Shown here in pieces: positions 23,129 to 36,040 of a stretch of DNA of 64,000 bases. The position numbers were made by a program, and so were the translations under genes. Source of the stretch: Azolla caroliniana (lineage: Eukaryota; Plantae; Polypodiophyta); assembly GCA_043228905.1 (NCBI GenBank), contig JBHGNT010000003.1, positions 16,430,001 through 16,494,000 of the forward strand. Direction: 5' to 3'. The notes under the pieces are model-generated. The model ran no database searches. It worked only from the letters and a program-made list of their open reading frames with translations, and had not been told where the DNA came from. Every line of letters starts with the position of its first letter. The stretch's first letter is position 1.

Positions 23129-23540
23129 TTTTTGGATTTCCCATATATTTTTAGGATATCTACCAGGACACCCTTGGTATTTTGAAGATTACCAAAATTT
23201 ACTATAGGGAGGTTTATCCTAGGAAACTTTGGAAGCATGAAAGTAGGGATATTTTTAGCATTTCGTAGAAAAAATATTATTGGCTCATTTGAAGAGTATG
23301 CATATCATAAATATTTTCAAAGATAAAAAATACCCATATTATTTTTGGATTTCGGAAAACATCCAAAATACCCATATTATTTTAGGATATCTACCAGGAC
23401 ACCCTTGGTGTTTTGAATCCTTACCAAAATTCATTACAGGGAGGCTTATCCTAGAAAACTTTGGAAGCATGAAAGTTACGGATATTTTAGCGTTTCCTCA
23501 AGAATTTCATAGAAAAAATATTATTGGCTCATTTGAAGAG
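23129..23540. repeat. Two-copy direct duplication (~170-200 bp) just after the RLK stop
   Basis: TTTTAGGATATCTACCAGGACACCCTTGGT...AACTTTGGAAGCATGAAAGT...TAGAAAAAATATTATTGGCTCATTTGAAGAG occurs at 23129-23296 and 23341-23540. Confidence 0.9.
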
Positions 23541-26500
23541 CTTGATTCTTGGTCGTAATACAGTAGATTTCTAGAAAGTTAGGAGTGTTCTGGCGTTTTC
23601 CCCTAGTGTGCTATGAATTAAGATTATGTTGAAATATTGAGAGTTGGTTTGCAGGGTAGGAAAGTATTGGCAAGCAAGAGCTTGCTTTTACTCAAAAACA
23701 ATAAATGTTTTTGATGTACTAAAGATACTTGTAAGATAAAATGATTCATATATCACTGATTCAATGTGTTTCTTACGGCGTGGTCATATGCCTCCAACTT
23801 CACAGGGATGCACAAAATATCGAGTATTCAAATACATGGCAAGTACCAGAAGCCTTTCCTTATCAAGGTTACCAACAAGATATGTTTGGAGGATAATATC
23901 TACCATACAATAATGATGATGATGGTATGTATGACTTTCTAAAGATCACCGACTTAATCATTTAATGGGGACAATGGCTACTATATGATAGCGATGATGA
24001 TGCAGATATATGTCTGTCAAAACATCACCAACTCCATTGGTTAATGAGGATAATGGCTCCCATATGAATAATGGTGATGCAAATATATTCTCTTTGAAAG
24101 CATAACCAACATTAACTATTAATGATTATGCTTTTGTTTTCTGAGTACCAACAAGAAGATTGTTAGAAATGGAATGATACATATTGGTGCCTGGATTGGT
24201 AAAGTGCAATGCCGACATGCTCTTTAACCAGGAAAGCATACCCCACCACGAACCAGCAGGACTTTAGGTGAGATTCAAACCCAAGTCAAGATGGAAAGGC
24301 TCTTGTAAGTTATTTAGGCAGAAGATTTAATGTAAATAAAACTTACGTTTGGGCAAATTTCCAAGTGTATGATAAGATGACATTTGTTTATCTCATACTC
24401 TAGTTAACAAGTAAAAGGATGGTAATTTCATAAAATCATACCTTTCTTGCTTAAGAAGATGGTTGAATAGAAATGTAGCTATCACCTTCTGGAGAGTAAA
24501 AAATAATTATCAGTGTGAAACGGGTTTGACATACATATAGCATGGTGTGTGTTTGTATTCCTTATGCAGTCATTGTCATCATGGCTTCCTTTGCCTTCAA
24601 CTGATTTAGGCATGGTAAAGGTCCAAGGATGGGTTGTTGTGACCATATGCTTGACTCCATTTCTGTAGTAACAGGGTTTCTGTGATTACATGTTTCGTGT
24701 ATGGCATTGTTGATGAAAAGTTTGCATGGCTCATCAAGATTTCTTGTTTTAGAAGTATGTTATGAGATATGCCATGTAAGCATCCAATATAGACGAAGTC
24801 TTAGGCAAAGCTTTTCTCGTGTGCCTTGTCAATGTTATTAGGGTTTAGGTAAAATCTTTGTTTACCTAATGCATTTACTAAGCATATGTACATGCATATG
24901 TGGGCTCACATGCATATGTTGGTTTCCTTGATTATCTACTTCCAAACAATCATTTTAAGAAAGATTTTATATAAAAAACAAAGAAATGTAAGAACTCTAA
25001 GCAATTCCAAACAATCATTTTCAAGAAACCCTAAAACCAAAGAAACAAAAGAATTCTAAACGGCTCAAATATGACTTCTAACTACTTTACCACCTTCCTT
25101 GGAATTATGTCCCATGAAAGTTCCACTACACTAGATATTATATTACTACGAAAATACCACTAGGGATTAACATGAAGTGTGTATTCCTTCGTGTTATCAA
25201 GATTTGAAAATGATGTCTTTCACAACTCCACGTGCCATCAATCACACAAAACTCCTCATAAGGATCACATAATAAGGAAATTTCCATATAAGGAAAGTGG
25301 TTGAATTTCGATGGCCTTTTGAGGTCGACAAAGCAATAATGACTTTGTGTTCATATCATCATGATGTTTCTCATCTAATGTTACCTTTGATGCATCACTC
25401 CATCATATCTAAATACGCACATAATCTACATGTGATTATTTTGTTTGTGAAGGGCTTGGTTTCAATTCTAATCCACTTCATCCTAATTGTGATTGATAAA
25501 TTTAGACCATATATAGGGTAGAAATCTTAAATCTTCATTAATGATTAAACTTGCTATTATATGGTTGGGCTACAAATCAATATCATTTTTGAGGTTTTAT
25601 TGTTTGCAATGTATTTTCCAATATACCAAGAAGTTAAGTTTTCTCACTAATATTGTCTAGACACATGTAAACATCGCATGCTCATGGGAGATATTCAAGA
25701 ACCAATGGTGGATGGTCTATTTTGTTAGGACCTCTAACATCTCAAATGTGGTCGCATTTACATCATTTGTGTGGTTCTTTTAGTTGTTAGCAAGTTCGAT
25801 GTCTTGTGGTGGAGTACAAAACTTAGGATTTTGAATGTCTCTATTAAACTTTTTTGATTCCCCCATGATAATGGTTCTACATACATTTCTTGATTATTTT
25901 CGAGTTTGTTGGCTATATACTCTTTTAACACATGAGAACTATGTTGTATTAGTGGCAACTAATAAATAAAAGTGGTAAATCAATAGAAACGGCTATCTTG
26001 TAATATTTATTCAATTATCCAAATTTCATACCCACTCATTGCCGAAAAAAGATTCCAACGGTACAAATAAAAGGAAGATTACAAAAAACGTCCCGACTAA
26101 AAAAATACAATCTTGAATACCACAAATCAATTGAAAAAGGGTCTTGCATTGGCTTTACTTATTCACAACAAGGTTCCTTGTGTATCAATATTACAAAAGT
26201 AGTTGTTCGAACCAAAGGCACCTTCTCCAACCACAAGTTAAGAATTGTGCAAGTCCCAAAAATCCTACATAGGAAAACATTCAATTCTACCAATGTATTT
26301 TTCCTCACTAGAGTGTACACAATCTACCTTTTTCTGTTTTGTGCTCTTATCCTCTCTTTCATAGAAAATTTGAAGGTTTCTCCTCATGCTATTTGTTCTG
26401 CTTTTCTTTCTTCCTCTTGCATTCTACTTTTTGTGATGACGGTGAGGGAGCTAGTTGTGTGGGGATGATCAAGACGTGGTGTTGACTAATGATACTATGG

Positions 26501-29500
26501 TGACAATGGAGTGACCTTTCAAAAGAGCTTTAATCTTTAAAATAGGGTAGCTCAAAACCCTTACCTAGAGGATGTATGTTGTAGGCCCTTGTAGAAGTCC
26601 AAAAAAATGTGAATCGCTCTAAAAGCAATAGCAACATTTTTCTTTTAAATTTAAGGATACAAAGCTTCTAATCTCTCATTTATTGCATTGACCCTCACGG
26701 CTTAATAGATGGATGATTCTTTGTATGACCCCAGACATTTAAATTATTGTTATCAAGTTGGACCTAGTGAGATTATAATATTTTAGGAACATTATCTAAA
26801 AATATGTAAAAGGTTGAAGAGAAGTATTTTACTCCATTATAAATACTTTTTTTGTTATGCATGCCTTTTGCCCAATGAGGATTGCAAAGAAAAGATGGTA
26901 AACATACTTAGCTGTTTTGCAACATTCTCCCTCTTCAGGTAAATGGTTCCCATTTTCATTACTATCAAGGTCTTCGCCTAGTTGATCTAGCTATAAAAAC
27001 AAAATGTTCATTGAATCTAGATGTTAAGATTGCATTTCACATCAATAGACATCTCTCGTCACTCCAATCATGTCCCTTCTTCCACCATAGTATACGATAT
27101 GGAGAGCTTGATCCTTATTCACTTCGTGTACATGCCATTTTATGGTCGCATGGTCTCAATGTAGTTTTCCATTTCATACATACCAACCACTCTATATTTA
27201 TAAGGAACAAAGGGGGCTCATAAATATATAAATAACATGATCTAAGGATAAGGTTAAAGAGAAACAATGAGGATAGAGAGTCAAACAAAATACCTCGGGG
27301 AAAATGACAATATATAAAAGGATGTTTGTTATACATCTAATACTTGACTGCCAATTTGAAGATGGTTGTCAAAAATTCAATGCTCATCTTTAGATGTCCT
27401 TACCAGACCCATGCATGGGTGGGTGGGAAAGGGAGCGTGTGGGGTCCATTGGTTCTAAATGTAGTTTTCTAGGGCACATGCTACATACATTGAGAGACAA
27501 TCTTTTGACACATATTGAATGCTCAACTTGCATGAGAGCCTAATTTTTTCTTTAGGACTTCTCAATTGAAGGGGAAGAAGACAATAAGTATCAAGGCTAC
27601 CCATTCAAATGGGAGACCAAGGAGATCATGGAACCCAGAGATTCCGAGAGGGGGAATTAGTGGAATCCAACAACAAACAATTTTAATGGACACAGAAAGA
27701 TTGCCCATTCAAAAGGTGGGCCAAGATATCCCAAGAGGTAGAATAAGTAGGACTTCTTGAGAAATAACCATAAGGGTACAACGAAGGCCATAGTTCTCAA
27801 AAGTTAAGAGTTGGGATGAAATCATATGGGATTATCACGTTATCAAATTGAGGTTTGTTCATAATTATAAGGGATTCTTATTGTTACGGTCCATAAATTC
27901 CCATTCTCTATTGAATTCTATGTGGCAGCTATGTCCCATCATATTAATGACCTTCTTGCATTAATTAATTCTAGATATTTTAAACGGGTGCATAAATAAA
28001 AAAGTATTGTTTCGAATGAATAGCGAACCTCCTACACATGGAAATGTTTGAGACATCTTGTGTCTAGTTTGTTTTCTAAAAAGTCCCAATTTATAAATGT
28101 ACAAAACACAAATATTAGCTCTACCTTTCAAGTAAATCTACTTCACCAGAGGAGTATTCTTGTAAACTTTGAAAATATAGGAATATTCTAACAATAGCCA
28201 GTAAATTAGTAATATTGATTTTTTGTTCTTGGTATAAATTTGCTAGAAAAAGATTGAAAACCTAATATTCCAAAGATGGTCAATAGCAATGTAAATATGA
28301 TAAGCAAGGTAACAACATGAAGAATGAAGAATTTTAAATGAATTGACCACAAAATACCATCTTTTAACACACATTTCTCTATATGTTAGAAATTTCTAAT
28401 GCAGTTACTAGTGAGCCTACTATTTGGTTCCTACTAATGTGAATCTCTCTCTCATGGGTTAAATATATGGTCAAAATGCTTATGGGTTCTTATTACCTAC
28501 ATGTCATACCCTTTGAATGAAGAAAATGAACAAAACTTGAACCTTTATTGATCAAGGCTTGAATGTATTTGAAAGGTTGAATATGTTTTTGGTGTATTTG
28601 ATAACATGCATTGGAACAAGCAAGTATACGTTACAAACATGCACTAGAGTACAAGGACGTGTTACCCGTTAACACATCTATAGAAATATGTCGCGGAACA
28701 TGTTGCACCCAAGCCCACGACAAGATATGTTGGTGGACTAAATACGCATCAAAGCCTAGACACTAGCAATTTAGCCCCAAATTTTTGTGCACTAGGTCAT
28801 TCCTCTATGCACATCATTACAGTTTATTTACTTTAATGTAACTGTGGTATGCCTTCATTACAACTGCTACTTGTAGTGGTGATCTTAGTCAGTATATCAA
28901 TCATGTAATCTACATGGTATATTTCTATAACTTTAATGAGCACCATAATGAGTCCTTTAAATGAAGACAATCATTGTGCCTTGGAGGAATTCATTTCATA
29001 ACCAACGCTTTCAAAGAAGAAGACTTCATAAACTGAGTTCATAACTTAGGTGAGATACATTTACCAACCAAACTTTGAATGATTGAGCAAAATAATCATG
29101 ACAGGTATTACAAAACAAGAGCAATGTCACACTATGAACCTTAGAAAACCTATACAACATTTCTCTCAAATTAGTGTGATGCATATGACAATCACATCAA
29201 CAAGTAATGATACCTTCCATGTAGCACTTTAAAAACTGAGTGCATAGGGTTCACGCAACAATGATTGATAATCAATAGAACTATAGCACATGCACCACGA
29301 TTCACAACGATCGTCTTATTTCTATCCATACACATTGACAAACTGATGAATCATTCGATATTCTCCATTTTCAATTGCACAGAACCTACAGGATCACAGA
29401 TGGCAAACTTCGCTTTTGAAGAACAAACATAAAATCCATTAACAGCATCATGATATCCTAGAAATTGATCGACCAAAACGAAAGGAAAAGTGAAAGACAC

Positions 29501-29689
29501 AACAATTCCTCACAATAGACCTTCAACCATCATTAAAGGAAGGACTGAATTGACAATGTATAAGAATAAGAATGAGGATAGATGGAATTGGAAAAAGGGA
29601 AATAGATTAGATAGTTATGTATAAGAGGGTTAATAAAAAATAATGTATGGGTTTCGATTTTGATTTCATTTCGGAACCGGATGTGTTCC

Positions 29690-30675
29690 TTAGCCATGAC
29701 GAGATGACTTGAAGGATCGGGACGGTTGCATTTCGCCATTTTTTTCGGGGAGGCGGATCATGTTGTAGGACCAAGCACCCAAGAGACAACCTAAAATGGG
29801 ACCCACAATGTAAACCCAGAGTGATCTATAGTCATTACTCGCGACTGCAGGCCCGATCGACCTAGCAGGGTTCATCGAAGCTCCGCTTATTGGCCTGCAA
29901 ATGAGAATACGTCATTAGGAAAAGACATTTGTATGAATAGCAGCCACCATATCTCATCTTTGCTTCACTTCAAGAAACATTAGCATACATAACTTGATTG
30001 GGAGTATGGGATGGAAAGAGAGATGATGTGTAGTAAGCTGGGGACCATAGAGCTAGCTAGGATAAGAGGACTTCTATTAGTTTCAATAAGACATTAGGTT
30101 CTTAACAATACAATGTGAAAGCAAAAGGATTGATTGTTTGATTGTGGTGCATACATTTCAAAGTCAAGTCAAGAAGGCACATTTCCTGGTCCTTTTGTGT
30201 CATACTCCCGGCCCCACCGATCGATGGTTTTTTGGGGGGAAAGTCCGTGGTCATTGTCGAGACTTTTGAAATGTCATTACGTTTGTGTTTCAAAAAAAGG
30301 AGGCTCACATATTGTAATAAGTAAATGATGGCCATTATTGGGCTTTTTTCCCAGCTTGTGCAAATAAGCTATTTAAATAACCAAATGAACAAGACATTGT
30401 TTATTTATTTATTTATTTTATTGCATGTAGCAAATTACATGATAACATATATAAATAAATAAAAGAATATCTCGTGTCTTTGTAAATTTTAATTAATAAT
30501 TGTATTACATATAAATGCGTTGTTATTCAAATATGTTAAAATGAATTAAAGAGGGGTCGATCTCTTTCCTATAATTGACATTTTTTGTTTTGCTGTTTTC
30601 TGTTTTATGGGTTTCCGTTACAATAAAAACTACCAATTAATATAATATATAGATAATGAAAGGAGTATTAATATT

Positions 30676-30728
<53 letters not shown>

Positions 30729-30968
30729 GAAATCGACTCGTTTTTTGTTTTTGGGATTGCGTAGGAAAAAGGAGCCAAAATATAATTGAAAAGGCGGTGC
30801 ATTAAATGCGGCCGTACGACCTCGTTTCTGTGGCTTTTTGAAATTTTTTGGGCAGTCCAGTCAGTCCATTGCGTTTTTTTCTCCGGATTTTGATTTTTTC
30901 GGCCCGAAAGAAGAAAAGTAAATGAAGGGAATGGAATTAGGCAGGCGGTGGTCATTCAAATAAAACCT

Positions 30969-31006
<38 letters not shown>

Positions 31007-34000
31007 GGGATGGATGGATGGATGGAAGAAGAAAACCACAAACAAATGGGAGGCAGAGCAGGGCTCAGCGCGATGATGATAATGATGATGATTCGCAAAT
31101 TCATTCTCAAAAGAAATTAATGGCTCATTCGATTTCCAAATCTTAAAGCGCACCAAAACCATCCCCACAGGGGAAGAAAAGCAAAAAAGCAAACTTAGAG
31201 AGCAAAATGTAGATTTAATTTTTTTTTTCCATTCCTATCTTTTTGTTTTTGCTTTTTTGCTTTTGCTTTTGGTTTTTGGCGCCAACGCCCTTACCCGCCA
31301 AAGATGGCATCCAATCCGACGGCTGAGCCGACGGCGAGCCCCGCCAACTCTCCGATCTGCTCTTCAAATAATTCATTGGAAAAAAAAACAGAGATTCATC
31401 ATTTTGTGTTTACGCAGATAACAAGAAGAAACACACTATGTATGTACTTACGGCCCGGGTGTCGGTCGCGACGGCCGACACTACGAACATGAGCACGAAG
31501 GACAAGATGATCTCCAGAACCAATGACTGCGGGTCGGACCCCGCCGGCAATGTCGCCCCCATCTTTGCTACCGACCCCAGGATGAGACGTAGCGTGAAGC
31601 TCGCCAATATCGATGCCCCCACTTGTGCCCCCACATATGGAACCACCTTCCAAGAAAACAGGCAAAACCCAAGATGAAGGAGGCAAAACCCAATAACAAT
31701 AAAAGATATTGATATGCATTATGTAAACTTACAAAGAAGGCATATGCAAACAACTTACTCCTACAAAAAAAAGGAGGCTCCCCTCTCTCTCATGTTCACT
31801 CCAATAATGCAATAACAGTAGTGCTCCTGAAAAACATTAAAGTGTGTCTATTTTTCAAAGAAGTTCTTGATTTGTGTGATGGTGACTATTGCTCATCAGC
31901 ACGAGACAGGGCGATGGAGGAGAGTGTAATTGTCAAGCTTTATCCATGGGGCACACCACCAACAATCAAGCAATGCACATCTTATCTTTTGTTGGAGGAG
32001 CATAGCTCACCCATTGCGTGATTATGGATTTGGTATATTCCAATACATCCAATCTCACTTGTCGACTAGGACTCTTATGCACATCATGTTGGAGAATCCA
32101 TCTATATGCACACCATGATTTTACAATTCTCAAGATTACACCATGCATTTCACATGACATAGTTGGGGCGGCCAAAGCAAAGGGGCACTAATAAATTAAG
32201 GTTCATAACTTTTCGGCACAAACATTTTAAAGTTTGCAAATACCAGTCACAATGTTGGTTTTGAATCTCAGAGATCATACATATGGTAGCACACCATGGT
32301 GTGAATCACATCATCTGATGATGAGGAACACTTCATTTGTCCATGGATCCAAGGAAAATAGCCCAAGGGGAGACAGGCAGAGATGGGCCGGAGTTCGCAT
32401 GTGCAAAATGCACAACATCCACTTTTGGGTCAGGTTTGAATCACTCGGACCAGACGGACAAAAACATTCATCTCTCTATGCACAATTAATAGACATATTA
32501 CATCGAGAGGGAGATGCAGTTAGTAAGGTAGGAAATTGAGAGGGAAATGCAGTTAGTAAGGTAGGAAAGGAAATTGAATGTAATAATAAATAAGAGATGT
32601 AATGCACACCCAAGGTGGGGACCAAAAACAAAAAAACATTCAATGTTTCCTATTCACACACACTCTTACTATCTATCTATCTATCTACTACTCACACATA
32701 AACACACTCTCGCTCTCCCTCACGTAAAAACTCATGAAATTTGAGAGAACTCGAGTTTGTTACTCGCGCATGGCCCCATCCCGACACCCATATTTTTATT
32801 TGTCTTTCCTCCATGTCCCCTCCTTTTTTGTAAAGTATCTTTTACTCCTCATCCATTAGATGATACTTCTCCCCCAATCTCATAGATACCAAAAGATAAC
32901 ACAAAGTGGAGAATCTCTGTTTAATTGTCTGGAACTTAGAGACATCACACTGCAAATCTACACTCTTTACTTTGAGTGCTTCTAAGCTCTTTAGTGTCTA
33001 ATCGACACTTCTATAAATACTTCTCTTTATTCTTTGTGGGTTTTCCCCCTCGACTTTGAGGTTTCCCACCAGTAATAAAAGTGTTACTAAACAGAACAAA
33101 AAGATAACTAAAGATGAAGGGGTCCCAGACCAACTTTAAATGTTTGCGAATGCCGTATCAAGCTTCGCTTAGTCTCCAAACAAAAGAATTCACAAAATCG
33201 TCTCCGAACAAAAGAATTCACAAAATCTCTATCACACATGAAATGGAAAGCAAATGAAAGAGAAGTGAGAGGGAGCCAAAATGCACTTACATGGGACCAA
33301 GGGAAGTGGCGGACAGTGGCGAAGGCGAGGGTGACCGCGGGGTTCATGTGCGCGCCCGAGATGTGTCCGACCGAATAGATCATGATCATGACCACCACCC
33401 CGAATGCGGCCGACACGCCCAAATGTGTGACCGCTCCTCCGCTCTTCTCATCCACCATGGCTGCCCCGCACCCCGCAAACACCAGGATGTATGTCGATAT
33501 CATCTCTGCACCTATCTACACCACCACCAACACCAACAGATCAAACAAAAGCTTCAAAAAATCCATCTCCATGACAAGACCATTCCAAATTCAAGTACCC
33601 AATCCACTCTAACAATGGAGCTCATAAACCCCCCCCCCTGTTACCCCACTACATCTCTCCCATCCTTTCACCCTTCTCATCTTCCCTCTTCATTATGTAC
33701 CCTAGTTCCCATTCAATCCAACACAAGCACCATTTTATACCCACCGATGGCACTACATCTTCTTTTGCTTGCTTACTCCTCATCTTTCTCTAGATTATAT
33801 ACCTAAAACTTATCAAAACCACCTAAAACATCAGACAGACAGCACATGATTTCCTCTATTTCTGACCCCTCCTACCTTCATGGAGAGTGCTTCACACATA
33901 ACTACCTTACCTTGTTCAGCTGAATTTGATGACAAAACAAATCAACAAACCAAAGGAAAAGGACGATTGATTAGTTAGAAAAAGCAGGAGAGGAGAGAAA

Positions 34001-34241
34001 CCTTCTGAAGTAAGCCATCATTTGTGAGTGATGAAGGGAGGCAATGCAAGACGGAGGAGGAGGGTGTTTCCATGGAGAAGCAGCAATGGAGATTCTTATT
34101 AGTAGGCTGTAAACACATCTCACCATTCATCATACTGGGATGAGCTGAAGGCTCGGCAACACTAACATTAGCAGTAGCATCGTGACTGTGATGGAGATTG
34201 AGATGAGGAGGGTTAAATTCTACCTCATGCGATGATGACAT
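29690..34241 (-). CDS. NIP: NIP (nodulin-26-like intrinsic protein) aquaporin, 308 aa; exons 34241-34002, 33515-33291, 31646-31452, 31356-31295, 29894-29690
   Basis: Two NPA boxes ([20 protein letters not shown]) and NIP signatures [13 protein letters not shown] and [17 protein letters not shown]. Five exons with GT-AG junctions in frame; internal exon sizes 225/195/62 nt are typical of plant NIPs. Confidence 0.96.
30677..30725. repeat. (GA)n microsatellite in NIP intron 4
   Basis: Directly visible. Confidence 0.95.
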
Positions 34242-34726
34242 TACTGCTAAGATATATCTACCTGTCTATTATCTATGGTTCCAGATATGTATGTATGTAT
34301 GTATGTATATATAGATATATAGTAGAGGTATGGAGTGATGTCTCTAATGTCTCTGTGTGTAGAGAGAGATAGGCAGGCACACAGAATCTCTCTCTCTAAT
34401 GGCTCTCACAAGTAAAGGCTCTCATTTGTGTTGGGTCTCCTCTCATAATGCTTCCCTCCTTACACCCCTCTGTTTTAATAACAATGTATACAAATCTCTC
34501 TCTCTCTCTCTCTCTCCGAAGACGATAATATAATCTATCTATCTCTCTCTCTCTCTATTGATATATGTAATAATACATATACATATACATAGTCTATAGA
34601 TATAGATGGTTTCTTTGTAGCTTGGCTTGGCTTTGTTCGAAGACAAGAGTTGGATAGAAGACTCCCTAACATTAAACATCACGGAAAATAATAGAGTGAA
34701 TGAATGGATCGATCCTACCTAGTCAA

Positions 34727-34775
<49 letters not shown>

Positions 34776-34907
34776 GGAAAAGCCAACCGACAAGCCCCCC
34801 TCCCCCTTGAGTTATGCATTTTGCCAAGTAAGTTGGTTACTCATTCACTTCACACTTTTCACTTAAATCACTCAAACTCCCCAAATTTCCCCCCTGATTT
34901 CCTCCCA

Positions 34908-35125
34908 TTGTGTATGTGTATGTGTATGTGTATGTGTACGTGTACATGTACGTGTATGCGGATGTGTATGTGTATGTGAACGTGTATGTGGATGTGTATG
35001 GTATGTGAACGTGTATGTGTATGTATATGTGTATGTGAACATGTATGTGTATAGTATGTGAACGTGTATGTGTATGTACTAAGAACATGTACATATGTGT
35101 ATGCGTATGCCTATGTGTATGTGCT
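34908..35125. repeat. (TGTATG)n compound microsatellite upstream of NIP, near several (CT)n/(CA)n tracts
   Basis: Directly visible alternating purine-pyrimidine repeat. Confidence 0.92.
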
Positions 35126-35995
35126 ACATAAAATGTTCTTAACTACCACAAATCCATACTCTACCCACTCCGAAGAAGAAAACGTGTGTATGTCCCACAT
35201 CCTTAAAGTCCCTTATGCATACATATATTATGCATCATCTATACTCTCGCTTCCCTTTTCTCTCCCATCTAACACATATCTATATCTTGAAAGCTTTGTT
35301 CCAAGTGATGCCTCTATGCATTTTTCACGAAGTTATTTTCTTCTGTGGCGTTTTCGTTGACCCCTTGAGGACAACTCTTTTTCTTTCAAAAAATCTTATG
35401 TTTGCATTGAAACAACATGAAAATATAAAACCTTTGTTTTCTCAATTACTCCCTCGTAGTGATATGGCAAGGTAGACTCTAAGGTGTTGTAATACTAAAT
35501 GGGATAAAATCTAACTCTTACAACATAGTTGTGAAAATCAGCTTTCCTTTCGGCCTACGTATTTGTTGTGGTACCCCACAAATTCCATCAAACAATAACT
35601 TGCTTCTCATGCTCCAATTATATGACATCCCCCAATACCTAAGATAGTGAAACACAACCTTATATGATGGCATGGGTAGAGCTCTAACACTCTCAATGAA
35701 AATCCATAAAAAAGGTGAAAAAACACTAATTGGTTAATGATGCCCAAAGTTGTGATATAACAACCCAAATGACTTCACTAACTAGACACGCAATGAACTT
35801 TTGTCTAGCATCTTCCACAATCATTGTACAAAAAAACATGAATGAGCTTTTGTTGTGGACAATTCTTTGTCCCTCTCTCTAGTTTTTGGCTTGGTGGTTT
35901 ACACCATAGCATAAAAAGTCATAATTTTGAGAGAACCCTAGTGCAATCCCCAACATAGGCCAGGCCACATATCGTAGATCACAATCAATCTCCCA

Positions 35996-36040
<45 letters not shown>

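Noticed and set aside
24200-29500. Short ORFs between RLK and NIP as genes or transposase relics
   Set aside because: No recognisable motifs or consistent splice structure.
32598-33088. Solo LTR in NIP intron 2
   Set aside because: Starts TGTAAT and has a TATA and a GGGTTTTCCC block, but there is no terminal CA or TSD.
29860-33345. 108-aa NPA-NPA spacing suggesting a silicon transporter
   Set aside because: I count 108 residues, but that criterion applies to G-S-G-R filter NIPs. This protein has F-A-A-R, so Lsi1-like function is not supported.
34242-34700. Boron-sensing AUG-stop minimal uORF as in NIP5;1
   Set aside because: No ATG immediately followed by a stop codon was found on the minus strand in this interval.
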